Assembly: GCA_963713855.1 (NCBI GenBank)
Contig: OY970209.1
Location: forward strand, 320,001-384,000
DNA from: an uncultured bacterium
GTDB lineage: Bacteria; Babelota; Babeliae; Babelales; Babelaceae
DNA: 64,000 nucleotides
Direction of reading: 5' to 3'
Positions within the stretch are counted from its first letter, which is position 1, and every line of letters begins with the position of its first letter. A program made the position numbers and the translations under genes. Under the pieces are notes generated by a model. The model worked only from the letters and a program-made list of their open reading frames with translations. It had not been told where the DNA came from and searched no databases. Shown here piece by piece: positions 1-10,572 of this stretch.

Positions 1-81
1 CAGGTGCAGGACAATGTCCTGCCGCTCGCCGCGTAGGCGTATCCTCATTCATATTTCAGCACAGAACCTAGAAAAATGAGA

Positions 82-1350
82 TCAAACGTTCTTTAAAAAA
101 AGTATTAGCTCACTTTGAGGCACTTTGGTTGTAGTCGACTTTCTCATATCTTTGACGGTAACGAAATTTCCGGCTTTTTCATCACTACCAATTAAAATAG
201 CTGTAGCAGCCTGCATGCTATCTGCTTTTCTGAGCATACTCTTGAGTGATTTTCCCTCTAAAAAGGGCTCAGCACGAAGCTGATGCGCATGTAGCTCATC
301 GGTTAGAAGTAAGGCAAGTTCTACAGTGTTTTCATCCATTGGTAGAATGCAGTGCAATGGTAGCACAGGCAAAAGCGTTATAGGTGCGTTTTCTAGCAGT
401 AAAAGTACACGCTCAACACCAATAGCGGCACCTAAGGCGGGATAGTCTCGTTCACTTTCTATCTGACGAGCGAGTCCATCATAGCGACCACCGGCGCAAA
501 AAGCATTCTGTGCGCCAAGACCACCTACACTTACAAACTCAAAGACAAGCTTATTGTAATAATCAAGACCACGAACCAAAAATGGCATCAACGTATATGA
601 AACAGAAAGCAGATGGAGAAGGTTCTGTATAGACTGCCATTCCTTTTTACAGGAACTACAAAGAAAATCAGTAATAACTGGGGCATTTTTTAAAAAGTCC
701 TGGCATTCAGGATTTTTGCAATCTAGAACGCGAAGCACATTTGACGTACTACGCGTGGCACACACGTCGCACACTTTCTGAATGTCTTTTTCCAAGAACG
801 CCTGTAAAGCACTTCTATAAGAAGCTCTATCATCTTGACAGCCTAAAAAATTGATGAGTAGAGCATAGTCACTGAGCATGAATTGTTCGCTAAAAAGCCG
901 ATCAAGCATCATGAGAAAATAAGCATCCTGCGCTGCAGTAGCAGGGACATCTGGCGAGCCTATGAGCTCAATACTCACCTGGTAAAACTCACGATAGCGC
1001 CCTTTTTGTGGGCGCTCATGCCTGAACACGGGACCATACGTAAACACTTTCCACGGCAGGTTTGTCGGATTACTCATAAGAAATGCACGCATGATCGAAG
1101 CAGTAATCTCAGGGCGAAGCGTCAATTGTTCATCACCGTCTTCTTTAGCTGATCTTACGAAGTACATCTCTTTGGTAACAATGTCCGTTTGATTACCGAC
1201 AGCGCGCTGAAAAAGTTCTGCTTTTTCAATAAGTGGCGTAATTATTTCTTGAAAATTGTAATATACAAGATGCTTTTTTACCTTTTCTACCAAAAAATTA
1301 CGTAAGCTGAGGTCAAAAATGTCTTGTGTGCCTTTAACACGCGTAAGCAT
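82..1350 (-). CDS. hisS: Histidine--tRNA ligase
   Basis: N-terminal RVKGTQD, LRPEITA, class II motif 2 FRHERPQKGRYREFYQ, LVRGLDYY, GGRYDGL, anticodon-binding C-terminus. Confidence 0.98.
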   Translation of the reverse strand: MLTRVKGTQDIFDLSLRNFLVEKVKKHLVYYNFQEIITPLIEKAELFQRAVGNQTDIVTKEMYFVRSAKEDGDEQLTLRPEITASIMRAFLMSNPTNLPWKVFTYGPVFRHERPQKGRYREFYQVSIELIGSPDVPATAAQDAYFLMMLDRLFSEQFMLSDYALLINFLGCQDDRASYRSALQAFLEKDIQKVCDVCATRSTSNVLRVLDCKNPECQDFLKNAPVITDFLCSSCKKEWQSIQNLLHLLSVSYTLMPFLVRGLDYYNKLVFEFVSVGGLGAQNAFCAGGRYDGLARQIESERDYPALGAAIGVERVLLLLENAPITLLPVLPLHCILPMDENTVELALLLTDELHAHQLRAEPFLEGKSLKSMLRKADSMQAATAILIGSDEKAGNFVTVKDMRKSTTTKVPQSELILFLKNV

Positions 1351-1460
1351 AAACTGCTCTTTCTTTTTTTTCGATGTTTTTTCTTAAGAATTTCTTGTAT
1401 ATTTTAATGTAGCATGCTAGAAAAAAATAAAACTCTACCTGCGTAGCGGGAGCGTACTTC

Positions 1461-2912
1461 ATGGATAATACTATGCGAAGAATCCTTTTACTTGCACTAG
1501 CCTTCATTGGTTATGCGCAGGGACAGCAACGAAGTAAAACGTTCCTTTCGACACCTCCTCCGTTTAGATCGGGAACCCCGATGCGCGAATCCCTCTTACG
1601 CTTTCCCTTTGACGATTGCCTCTCATTTCTACAAATAGTGCCATTTGGAGGCCATTCCACAAATCCTGAAGACATTGCTGAATTTTTCTTACCCTCAGGC
1701 AAATCTACACTCCTTGCAGCAGAAGATTTAGCCTCCGGCAGTAGCCGGAGAGACCTATCAGCAGCTCATTTTAACATAAAAACCATAACTGGTAAATTTA
1801 AAAGCGATCTCATCTTTAAAGCTTCGCATCAATTTTCCGGGGTTGGTATTGCCTACAGACAACAGCTATCTAAACACTGGTGGGCAGAAATTGCAACGCC
1901 CTTTTTGCACGTTGAGCAAACATTTAAGTTTGATGAGCGAATACTTGATACGGGCGATGGTCCGGTACGAGAACTCGGACTTGATAATAGCCCTCGAGTA
2001 GGATGCATGACAAAGGCATTTAAACAAGATAATTGGCGCTTTGGTAAGATTGATAAAACGAAAGAGCTAGTCAAAGAAGGGTTTGCAGACCTTGAGCTAA
2101 AAGTAGGATATCAAGCTCGAGCAGATGATATACTACGGTTGTATGGATACGCAGGATTCGTGTTTCCTACCGGTAACAGACCCTGTGGCCAACACGTTTT
2201 TGAACCAATGATCGGCAACAATGGCCATTTTGGATTTTTATATGGTTCACATATTGGCATAAGTACATGGTGCCGCGATGATCATGAGCTTTCACTCGCG
2301 ATTGATTTTAACACTCGTTACCTTTTTAGAAATCACCAAATCCGCTCTTTTGACTTAAAAGATAAAGAATTTGGTCGCTATATTGAAACGTATAAAGATC
2401 CCTTCCAAGCCGAGCTTGCATCAACCACCCAAAATCCAGATTCAGGAACATCTGGTATTAACGTTTTTACACAACCAGTCAAGGTATTTCCCGGTGTCTC
2501 TTTATCTGTGCTTAGCGCTATGATCTATACGTATAAGCAGCTTATACTTGAGCTAGGATATTTCTTCTTCGCCCAACAAGCTGAAAGGGTTGAAGTGCCA
2601 TGGCAAAGAACATCAGCCGTTAAAGATTCAGCAGGCCTCGGGCAAACCAATAGAGCACGCACGATAAAGGATGACTTTGAAAAATCTGCGCTACCTATCG
2701 ACGACTACCAGCCTCTTGTGCCTAGAGACATTGACGCAAATTCACCTGCTAGCCCAGCACTATTGACGTATACCGCGTATATAACCATCGGTTACTACAT
2801 CTGGGAAGGTGACTACCCGGTCTTGCTGGGCCTTGGAGCTTCTTACGAAATAGCCGCAAGCAAAGGCATTAACCAGTGGGCGACCTGGGGTAAAATAGCT
2901 GTTCAATTCTAA
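1461..2912 (+). CDS. Secreted beta-strand-rich protein, putative outer-membrane beta-barrel (paralog of 5369..6859)
   Basis: Signal peptide MRRILLLALAFIGYAQG; amphipathic strands; ends WGKIAVQF (terminal Phe); shares many blocks with 5369..6859. Confidence 0.65.
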   Translation: MDNTMRRILLLALAFIGYAQGQQRSKTFLSTPPPFRSGTPMRESLLRFPFDDCLSFLQIVPFGGHSTNPEDIAEFFLPSGKSTLLAAEDLASGSSRRDLSAAHFNIKTITGKFKSDLIFKASHQFSGVGIAYRQQLSKHWWAEIATPFLHVEQTFKFDERILDTGDGPVRELGLDNSPRVGCMTKAFKQDNWRFGKIDKTKELVKEGFADLELKVGYQARADDILRLYGYAGFVFPTGNRPCGQHVFEPMIGNNGHFGFLYGSHIGISTWCRDDHELSLAIDFNTRYLFRNHQIRSFDLKDKEFGRYIETYKDPFQAELASTTQNPDSGTSGINVFTQPVKVFPGVSLSVLSAMIYTYKQLILELGYFFFAQQAERVEVPWQRTSAVKDSAGLGQTNRARTIKDDFEKSALPIDDYQPLVPRDIDANSPASPALLTYTAYITIGYYIWEGDYPVLLGLGASYEIAASKGINQWATWGKIAVQF

Positions 2913-3045
2913 TCCCCATCTGTACAAAAGAATTAACCTGGGTATTTAATTAATCATTTCTTGACAAGAAGTACTATTTTTTTGTTTAATTAATAATAAA
3001 CATTAATGAAATTTTTAACAAAAAATGATAGTAAAAGGTCCTTTA

Positions 3046-4272
3046 ATGAACAGATATCTTTTGGGCATAGTTCTATTTCTTGCCTCTGCGTGCACGACTT
3101 TAAAATCTCAGACACCGGAAGAAAAAGCAGCAGCCTACCACTCGATTTATCAAGTATTGGAGCTAGCAACAGAAACTAACCGGCCATTGCTCAACACGTT
3201 GGGGCAGATGTATAGAGAACTTCCAGTCACGACTCCGCAAGATGAAAAATCCAAAAAGCAAATAGCAAAGGAATTCGAAGAGAAATTCCATATGTCTATA
3301 GACCTATTTCCTATACGAGCTGCAGGCTTTTTTGACAAAGATTCATACAAAGCTATAGTGCAATCAGTACTCGAGGCCAATATCGAGTCAGTACCACAGG
3401 CTTTATATGAGGCGCTTAATAATCCAAAAGAGGCCGATAAAATAATACGTAACGCATTTATATCACTTTCTGATGCTTTTAATACCTATAAAAGGCTAAA
3501 AGACGCTCAAGAAGATCTCATTGATAAGGCGCAAAAGCAGCTCAGTGAGCTTGAGTCAAAGTATCCCGCACTTTCAAAGCTAAACGATGCCATTAAGAAA
3601 AAATTTGATCAAACATATATTTTTGAAGCCGGCCTTCTGCGTCCATTTGCGCCGATACCTGTCGGGGATCTTGCCGCCTACATAATAGAAGAGTATAACG
3701 CAGTTACTCAAGCTATGCGTCAAGAAAAATCAGAATCCAGGCGAGCATCTTTTATAAGCGAGATTAATCCCATTCTTGGCTTAAACGATGTGCTAAGAAT
3801 CGCCTTCTGGCTTACGCAATACGAGGCACTTAAAAAACCAAGCCTTCCTGCACTCTCTCAAGCATTGGGGAGATTTAAAGAAAGATTACAAACCGAAGCG
3901 ATCCCGCTCGTAGACTTCTATCAATCATCTTTAAGCAGAGAAGAGCATCGAAATCTTCTAGAGCTTTTAGAAAAGACACTTGCTGATCGAATTAAGGATA
4001 TTCTTCAACAGAAAGAAACCTTCTGCCTCAAAGGGGAATGTATGAATCTTCCTGTAGGTCTTGAAAATCTCATATATTACCTAGCTCGTTATGCTTCTCT
4101 ACAAGGCCCTAAAGACGTACTTCTTGTAAGAAAAGCACTTAAATATATTAATAAAGTGTTAACGTCACCTGACTCAACAGATGTCGATGCGTTGCTGGTA
4201 CCTTTTGTAAATTCTTGGGATCAATTGCTTGAAAAGATGCAAAGTCAAGCGCGTCGTAATAGACCGACTTAA
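3046..4272 (+). CDS. Hypothetical secreted alpha-helical protein (possible lipoprotein)
   Basis: Long ORF; MNRYLLGIVLFLASAC signal/lipobox-like start; no recognised domain. Confidence 0.7.
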   Translation: MNRYLLGIVLFLASACTTLKSQTPEEKAAAYHSIYQVLELATETNRPLLNTLGQMYRELPVTTPQDEKSKKQIAKEFEEKFHMSIDLFPIRAAGFFDKDSYKAIVQSVLEANIESVPQALYEALNNPKEADKIIRNAFISLSDAFNTYKRLKDAQEDLIDKAQKQLSELESKYPALSKLNDAIKKKFDQTYIFEAGLLRPFAPIPVGDLAAYIIEEYNAVTQAMRQEKSESRRASFISEINPILGLNDVLRIAFWLTQYEALKKPSLPALSQALGRFKERLQTEAIPLVDFYQSSLSREEHRNLLELLEKTLADRIKDILQQKETFCLKGECMNLPVGLENLIYYLARYASLQGPKDVLLVRKALKYINKVLTSPDSTDVDALLVPFVNSWDQLLEKMQSQARRNRPT

Positions 4273-4302
4273 AACAGTTAAATAAGGGAAAACCTGAAGA
4301 CC

Positions 4303-5181
4303 ATGTCAAAAAGTATATTATTGGCTAGTATTTTAGCAGGGCTCATTTCAGCATATAGCTATGGGCTAGACAACCCTGATTCTTTGTATTCAGCGGGGTT
4401 AGCAGGAGCTAATCCCCATAAGGATCCCTGGGGTCAAATGAAAAACTTTTTAGGCATAACATGGAATTTCTTACCCGAAAACACCAGAATCCAACAAGAA
4501 GTAAAAACGAGCTATGCTCGCATTTATAAGACGAAATATGGGCAGGATCCAGTGGACATTGAGTATTCTATTCCTGCTTCTGCAAACATGAAAAAGGTAT
4601 GCACACGCACCATAGAAAAATGTCAACGGTACGGCAATAAGCTGATGGCTGAAAATAGCGCATTAAAAGATACGTTTAATGAACAAAAAGCGAAGTTCGT
4701 CGCAGTGGAAGCTGAATTGAGCACCTTAAAAAGGCACTGCAGTGAAAATGAAGCTGAATACGAAAAAGCTCAAAAAACCCTGCAGGAAGAACGGGAACAA
4801 TGTAAGAAAGACATCGATGCCATTCAGCAAGGATACGGTACACTTGTCGCTTACAGGAATGCTTTTAGAGAAAAAGAAAAAGATCTTACAGAAAAAATGA
4901 ACACTTTTATTTCCATACGCTACGGCACCTGTGCTCTCACAGAAGAGCTTAAAATATGCCAAAGTGAGCGCGAAGAATCGCTCCAAAAAGTGGTTAAAGA
5001 TCTTGAACGCTTGGTTCCGCTCATTAAAGAATCCGCAACATCGCTCCGAAAAGCAGTTAATGAAACAATTGGTATAGATTTCGAAATACCTATACAAGTC
5101 AGAGTTGGAACTATTACCTATACTCTTACAGCAATAATGCGTGAAATTCAAGGCCACGTAGAAAGCAATAGGCCTGAATAA
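4303..5181 (+). CDS. Hypothetical secreted coiled-coil protein
   Basis: Signal peptide MSKSILLASILAGLISAYSYG; heptad-rich E/K/Q central region. Confidence 0.7.
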   Translation: MSKSILLASILAGLISAYSYGLDNPDSLYSAGLAGANPHKDPWGQMKNFLGITWNFLPENTRIQQEVKTSYARIYKTKYGQDPVDIEYSIPASANMKKVCTRTIEKCQRYGNKLMAENSALKDTFNEQKAKFVAVEAELSTLKRHCSENEAEYEKAQKTLQEEREQCKKDIDAIQQGYGTLVAYRNAFREKEKDLTEKMNTFISIRYGTCALTEELKICQSEREESLQKVVKDLERLVPLIKESATSLRKAVNETIGIDFEIPIQVRVGTITYTLTAIMREIQGHVESNRPE

Positions 5182-5368
5182 AAGCTTTATTAATTACAAA
5201 ATACCTCAAGTACAGCTCTTTTCTTTGCAATTTCAATATTAGAAATGTTTCTTCAATAAACTCACATCAGTAAGTCTTAAATTTGACTCCACTTTAGTAA
5301 AAATTAGAGTTAAGATGAGAATCCAAATTACTGTTGATGGTGTTTTCAAATTACGAAGGAGAGTTTCT

Positions 5369-6859
5369 ATGCGTACACGTCTTCTACTTGGCTTGCTGAT
5401 AGCGACAAGTGGCGGTAGTATTTATGCCTATCATTTTTCGGGGCACAGCTTTTTTACTATAAGAACCCCTTTTCAAACAGCGTCTCCTGAAAAAGAAGCT
5501 CTTTGGCACTATGACATGCTTGATCGTGAAGACGGTATGTGTGGCAGCTTTGAAATAGTTCCTTTTGGTGGTAGAACGCTTGGGCATGAGCTCGGTCACT
5601 TCTTTGCGCCTCGAGGAGAAAGGCACTTACGTGTTGTAGAATTCAAGGAAGGCGTATCCTCTTCGATGAGTGACGTAAAAAGAGAAAGAGACCTTGAAGC
5701 TCGGCATTTTAATATAAAAACACGTTCCACTACAAGCACGTTTGAAAGTGAACTCGAATTACATCCCCATCAATCGACCGTAGGCGTAGGCCTTGCTTAT
5801 AGGGGTAGAGCATGGGGTCCTTATTGGGTAGATATTTCTGCGCCTGTAATGAGGGTAAGAAATAAATTTGAACTCAGAGAAAATATTAAAAACTCCGGCG
5901 GTGGTGCTGACGACTCAAAAGGTCTTGAAGGAGAACCTCATTTTGGATCGATCAAAGATGCTTTTAATAGTAAGGGCATGAGATTCGGTAGAATCGATGA
6001 TCGTGAGCATGAAAAGTGGGGACTCGCCGACATTGAGCTCAAAGTCGGCTGGGATGCTTATAACAATGGTGAAACGCATTTCAGGTCATACATTGGTGGC
6101 GTAATACCTACTGGCAACAAGCCACATGAGCGGTTTTTATTTGCACCAGTTGTGGGTAATAACAGACACTGGGGCGTCATGTTTGGAGGCAATTTCGGTT
6201 TTGTAATCTGTGCTTATGGCGATCACCTTATCAGACATGAAGTTGATACACAAGGAAGGTATCTCTTTCCTAACGACCAAGTGCGCTCCTTTGACCTAAA
6301 AGATAAGCAGTGGAGCCGCTACATGGAGGTCTATGCCGGAAAAGAGGAAGCTGAAAGAGCCGCTCAAAATAAGGACGCAAATTCTGGAACTTTCGGTATT
6401 AATGCTTTTACAACCCATGTAAGAGTAAAGCCTCGTTTTGCAACCACCTTTAACACAGCGTTCATTTACGAGTACTGCAACTATCTCCTCGCTGAAGTTG
6501 GTTATAACTTCTATGGTCGCCAAGGTGAGTCTGTAGAATTTAAACATCTCCCTCATCTTGCTCTTAAACACGTTGAAGGTAAGGGATTAACAACGCGTTC
6601 ACGCACAATAGGACAGAATTTCCATAACGACAAGATTCCTCTTGATGAGTTTAAGGTGATAAGTCGCAGGGATATTGACGAAAACTCAGCGGCTCACCCA
6701 CAAGTCATCGCTAACACAATATATGGCGCGTTTGGGGTTCGCTGCAAAGAATGGAGATGGCCAACCACATTCTCTATCGGCGCCTCTTATGAGTTCTCCC
6801 ATAGCAACGGCGGACTACGACGCTGGCAAGTGTGGGGTAAAGCCGCAATTGATGTATAA
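5369..6859 (+). CDS. Secreted beta-strand-rich protein, putative outer-membrane beta-barrel (paralog of 1461..2912)
   Basis: AAGGAG SD before ATG 5369; signal peptide; shared blocks ADIELKVG, PTGNxP, GNNxHxG, RSFDLKDK, SGTxGINxFT, WGK near the end. Confidence 0.65.
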   Translation: MRTRLLLGLLIATSGGSIYAYHFSGHSFFTIRTPFQTASPEKEALWHYDMLDREDGMCGSFEIVPFGGRTLGHELGHFFAPRGERHLRVVEFKEGVSSSMSDVKRERDLEARHFNIKTRSTTSTFESELELHPHQSTVGVGLAYRGRAWGPYWVDISAPVMRVRNKFELRENIKNSGGGADDSKGLEGEPHFGSIKDAFNSKGMRFGRIDDREHEKWGLADIELKVGWDAYNNGETHFRSYIGGVIPTGNKPHERFLFAPVVGNNRHWGVMFGGNFGFVICAYGDHLIRHEVDTQGRYLFPNDQVRSFDLKDKQWSRYMEVYAGKEEAERAAQNKDANSGTFGINAFTTHVRVKPRFATTFNTAFIYEYCNYLLAEVGYNFYGRQGESVEFKHLPHLALKHVEGKGLTTRSRTIGQNFHNDKIPLDEFKVISRRDIDENSAAHPQVIANTIYGAFGVRCKEWRWPTTFSIGASYEFSHSNGGLRRWQVWGKAAIDV

Positions 6860-6879
6860 GCCACTTATAAGGTAATTTA

Positions 6880-6914
6880 AGAAAGGTCAGCTAAAAAAGC
6901 TGGCCTTTCTTTTT
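6880..6914 (+). terminator. Rho-independent terminator
   Basis: AGAAAGGTCAGCT-AAAAA-AGCTGGCCTTTCT hairpin followed by T-run. Confidence 0.8.
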
Positions 6915-6938
6915 AAGATGCATTTTCCAGGGGCTAGT

Positions 6939-8387
6939 ATGTTCAAAATAAAGCTGACTCTTTTTCTCATATGCGCACTTTTAATAAAACCTTCACATGC
7001 AATGGAAGACTCTCATAAAAAAGCCACTAAAAAGTTATTTATTGCAGCGGCCAACGGCGACATTGAAAAAGTCCGAGAAGCATTACAAGAACAAGCTGAC
7101 GTAAATGCTGCCAAGAAAAATGGCCACACCCCTCTATTCTATGCAATACTTTACAATGAACCAGAAGTAGCTCGGATTCTTCTTGAAAATGGTGCTTTAC
7201 CTAACGTGCGAAGTAGAGGTACCTGCTGGGAAGTTAAAGGATCTACGCCTCTTCAGCACGCAGTTAATAGAAGAGAACCAAACAGAGCACTGGTTGAGCT
7301 TTTGCTCGCACATGGAGCTGATGTTCTTGCCCAAGATGACGCTGGGGACAACGCTTTAACGTATGCCATACGATCTTTCACCCCATTAGAAATACAGCGA
7401 CTACTTTTAGTAGCAGGTGCTGAACCAAATCAGCAAAACAGATATGGTGAAACTCCGCTTCTCTTTTCTTCTAGAGAAGGTCAGTCAGAAACGGTAAGAC
7501 TCCTTTTAGAATTTGGTGCGCATCCTGATATCCCTGACAAATCGGGCCATTTTGCTTTATCTGAGGCCGCTTATGGAAAAATAATTGGACGCTTCCTAAG
7601 AAATGCATGGACACTTAGTAGCGATGAACGTGAGGCAATAGCTATTGCACTTCTTGAACATGGAGCAAATACCACTATGATAACGAGCGAATCCGAACTT
7701 GAGGCCAACAGATGCCTAAGGCCTCACATGTTAGAACTGCTACGCGTGTACGGAGCGGACATTGAAGAATCATCCAGAGCTCAATTAACCGAAATAGAAC
7801 AAGAAAGAATTGATACCCTTCTTGTAACCAGACACCGACCTTTGCTATTAACAACATTCTTACGTAACGCTGCTTCGAGAGGAAATTTAGAAATATTTAG
7901 CCTATCATTTGCGCAGGTCAGTCCGAAATCAGAACTCATAGTAGAGCTTTTCTTAAAAGCTGCTTCAAGAGGACATGTGTCAATACTTAATTTTTTGTCC
8001 AATAATGAGAATATTGATATTAGAAGCATCCTAACACCCGAAGCTTTATATCAAGCACTTTTGCGCGCTTCTGTAAACGGACACAGTGCAGCGGCGCGTT
8101 TTATTCTAGAATTTAACTTCGAGCATGTTCGAATGATGGATGTGAACATCGTAAGAAGAGTCAATTACCTACTTCACAGTTCATGGCCCAGCGAGCAGCT
8201 GAGTAATGAGTATGTGATCATACACGCTTTACTTCTCAACCATCAACAGAGAAGGCTTGAAAGTGTTCTTGAAGCCTTTCAACCAAACAATACTGTCCCT
8301 CGAGACACGCCTAGCGAGGCAATGCTTCCAATTCCTGATCTAGAAGAACAAATACAACAAATGCATATTGGTTTACCATTTGAGTAG
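6939..8387 (+). CDS. Secreted ankyrin-repeat protein
   Basis: Signal peptide ending PSHA-MEDS; repeats GHTPLFYA, GSTPLQHA, GETPLLFS, LLxxGAxxN. Confidence 0.9.
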   Translation: MFKIKLTLFLICALLIKPSHAMEDSHKKATKKLFIAAANGDIEKVREALQEQADVNAAKKNGHTPLFYAILYNEPEVARILLENGALPNVRSRGTCWEVKGSTPLQHAVNRREPNRALVELLLAHGADVLAQDDAGDNALTYAIRSFTPLEIQRLLLVAGAEPNQQNRYGETPLLFSSREGQSETVRLLLEFGAHPDIPDKSGHFALSEAAYGKIIGRFLRNAWTLSSDEREAIAIALLEHGANTTMITSESELEANRCLRPHMLELLRVYGADIEESSRAQLTEIEQERIDTLLVTRHRPLLLTTFLRNAASRGNLEIFSLSFAQVSPKSELIVELFLKAASRGHVSILNFLSNNENIDIRSILTPEALYQALLRASVNGHSAAARFILEFNFEHVRMMDVNIVRRVNYLLHSSWPSEQLSNEYVIIHALLLNHQQRRLESVLEAFQPNNTVPRDTPSEAMLPIPDLEEQIQQMHIGLPFE

Positions 8388-8408
8388 CGGATTTTACCTA
8401 ACAGAGAA

Positions 8409-9512
8409 TTACGAGAACCTGATTGGTCTGTATAACTGTTTTATCGATAAGAGAGCGGCGATAATTGTGGCATACATAAGAAACTGTGCTGCATGTCGAG
8501 GGTTTTCCTTAGCCAGAGAAAGTAATATAAAAGGGGCTGATGCTATCCCGAATAATGTTCCAAGCGCCCCAGCAATCTTCAAAGTTTTTTCAAGAGGATA
8601 ATAGTGGCAACTGTCATTCGCATAATAGAGCCCCTTTTGGTGGCAAGTAATAATTTTTACAATCTCCTTTGCGTTTTCAGAAGAATCTTTTGATAACTCA
8701 CCTGAGCTTACTCTTTCTATTACATCATCAGTAATTTTAGCGCCTTGTGATAAAAGAAAATTGACCATAGCGGGACGCCTAGCTGATATTGCTGTATCAA
8801 GAGCTGAAAAATCATCTTTGTCCTTAACATTGATCTCTGCTCCACTATCAAGAAGAAGTTTTGCCATTTTGATTCTTCCACTACCTGCAGCTACAGAAAG
8901 AGCGTCTTCTTTCAACATTGTCCTCTTTGTAACATCTGCATTATGCTTCAACAACCACTCAGCTGCAGCTAATTGACCTTTTTCGGCCGCTACCATCAAA
9001 GCAGTTTTGCCACACCTGTTCAAGCTATCAATAGCTACGCCCAAATCTAAAAGCACTTCAAGGACTCGTATATTACCGCTTGCTGCAGCCAAAAGCAGAT
9101 GATTCTGAAGGTGAACTTTGTATTGTTCCGTTCCTTTTGGGTATAACTCAATGTTTTCCAAGGTAGCCTTTAAAGGCTCTTTTAATGTTCCCTGCACCTG
9201 AGGGTAAATTTTCATTAGTGGACAAGACAACAAAATTTCGTATTGCTTCGTCGCGTCAGGATACGCCCCGCTATCTTCATATGAAGTCTTTTTGAGCTCT
9301 TCTCGTTCATTAGGTAAAGCACTGGATTCGCCTTCGGTATAGACACCATCATCACTTGTGCCAGGAACATTTGTAACTAACTGCTCATTACTGGGTGGAA
9401 GCGCTACCGCAGTATTTGAAGAATCAGTGAGTGCTTCATCATAAGCACTTACTAGCACGCAATTGTTTAAGAGAAAAAATAACGCGTAAAGCACAGTGTA
9501 GGTAATGCGCAT
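8409..9512 (-). CDS. Secreted ankyrin-repeat protein with two C-terminal TM helices
   Basis: Signal peptide from MRITY; GKTALMVAAEKG, DALSVAAGSG, LLxxGAxxN; two hydrophobic segments at the C-terminus. Confidence 0.88.
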   Translation of the reverse strand: MRITYTVLYALFFLLNNCVLVSAYDEALTDSSNTAVALPPSNEQLVTNVPGTSDDGVYTEGESSALPNEREELKKTSYEDSGAYPDATKQYEILLSCPLMKIYPQVQGTLKEPLKATLENIELYPKGTEQYKVHLQNHLLLAAASGNIRVLEVLLDLGVAIDSLNRCGKTALMVAAEKGQLAAAEWLLKHNADVTKRTMLKEDALSVAAGSGRIKMAKLLLDSGAEINVKDKDDFSALDTAISARRPAMVNFLLSQGAKITDDVIERVSSGELSKDSSENAKEIVKIITCHQKGLYYANDSCHYYPLEKTLKIAGALGTLFGIASAPFILLSLAKENPRHAAQFLMYATIIAALLSIKQLYRPIRFS

Positions 9513-9866
9513 TCTTAATCCTTTTTTTAAGAACTTATTTTTTATCATGATAACAATAATATTATACAAATTGCAATATTTATATCTGGTGCTTCTAGCA
9601 CAACGTCGTTATCGACTTGCACCAATATGTTAATTTTTGACTTATACCTAACTTTTTTAAATACTTGTCATGACTTCCCACACTTAGAGCTATGAAATCT
9701 CAACATTCCTGCTCATTTTTACCATTACGAGAGCAAATCCATCGAGATCCCACTCAGATTTCAGTATCTTTTTTATTATAATTTGAAAATTATTGACTTT
9801 ATTTTATATAATTTTTTACATTGAGGTAAAGGGATATCAAAACCACCTTAAAGTAGGAGACTACAT

Positions 9867-10205
9867 ATGAAGACATTTTTATCAAGAATTACCTTATCTT
9901 TAGCACTTATTGGAGGCTGTTGCACCATGTATGCTGGCTTGGTCGATTCAGCAAAAGCTTGGCTTGAAAGACAAGGCGTCAATGTTTCTGACATAGAACG
10001 TGCTACCGGTTATGGCAGATCTGATGAAGCTTCAAGAGAGAAATTCAGAAGAAGAATGGATCCAAGGGTTCGCGTGGGGCACTGGAATGATGTTATAAGA
10101 GCTTTTAGAAAGTGTGGCCCTGCTGATAACAGCGAGACGATGGAATGGGCTAAGCGTAACCTTGAAAGAGCTGAAAAAGCTGAAAGATTCGTATCTCGCA
10201 GATAA
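9867..10205 (+). CDS. Small secreted hypothetical protein (paralog of 10226..10540)
   Basis: AGGAG SD, signal peptide, shared W-x2-I-x2-A-x3-CG-x3-NS motif. Confidence 0.75.
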   Translation: MKTFLSRITLSLALIGGCCTMYAGLVDSAKAWLERQGVNVSDIERATGYGRSDEASREKFRRRMDPRVRVGHWNDVIRAFRKCGPADNSETMEWAKRNLERAEKAERFVSRR

Positions 10206-10225
10206 TTTTCCAGAAGGAAAAATAT

Positions 10226-10540
10226 ATGAATTCAAAGCATTTTAGATTTTTAGGTGGCTTATTGCTAGCTTTTAGTGTTTGCGCGCAAGCAAGAGAACAC
10301 GAAGAAACTAGCGGGCGGCGTGAAAGACGAAACTCGGACGAGCGACGTAACGAACGTGGCAGAGCTTTGTACAGGCGAAACTGGACCATCATTCTTGACG
10401 CTCTTGAGCGCTGCGGAATGAGAGAAAATAGCGCAGCCGTGCGTATTGCAAGAAACCATCTAAGAGCAGCTTCAAGAGGTGAAAAAGAACACCGGCTCCA
10501 CGAAAAGAAAAGGGATGAGCGTAAGCACCGTGAGCTTTGA
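10226..10540 (+). CDS. Small secreted highly charged hypothetical protein
   Basis: AAGGA SD, signal peptide ending AQA, shared motif with the upstream ORF. Confidence 0.75.
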   Translation: MNSKHFRFLGGLLLAFSVCAQAREHEETSGRRERRNSDERRNERGRALYRRNWTIILDALERCGMRENSAAVRIARNHLRAASRGEKEHRLHEKKRDERKHREL

Positions 10541-10572
10541 GCTTTTAAAAAAGCATATATCCTTTCAAAAAG

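Noticed and set aside
1..52. Hairpin GCAGGACA-A-TGTCCTGC and possible minus-strand start MNEDTPTRRAAGHCPAP
   Set aside because: Cut by the window edge; cannot distinguish a REP-like element from a gene start
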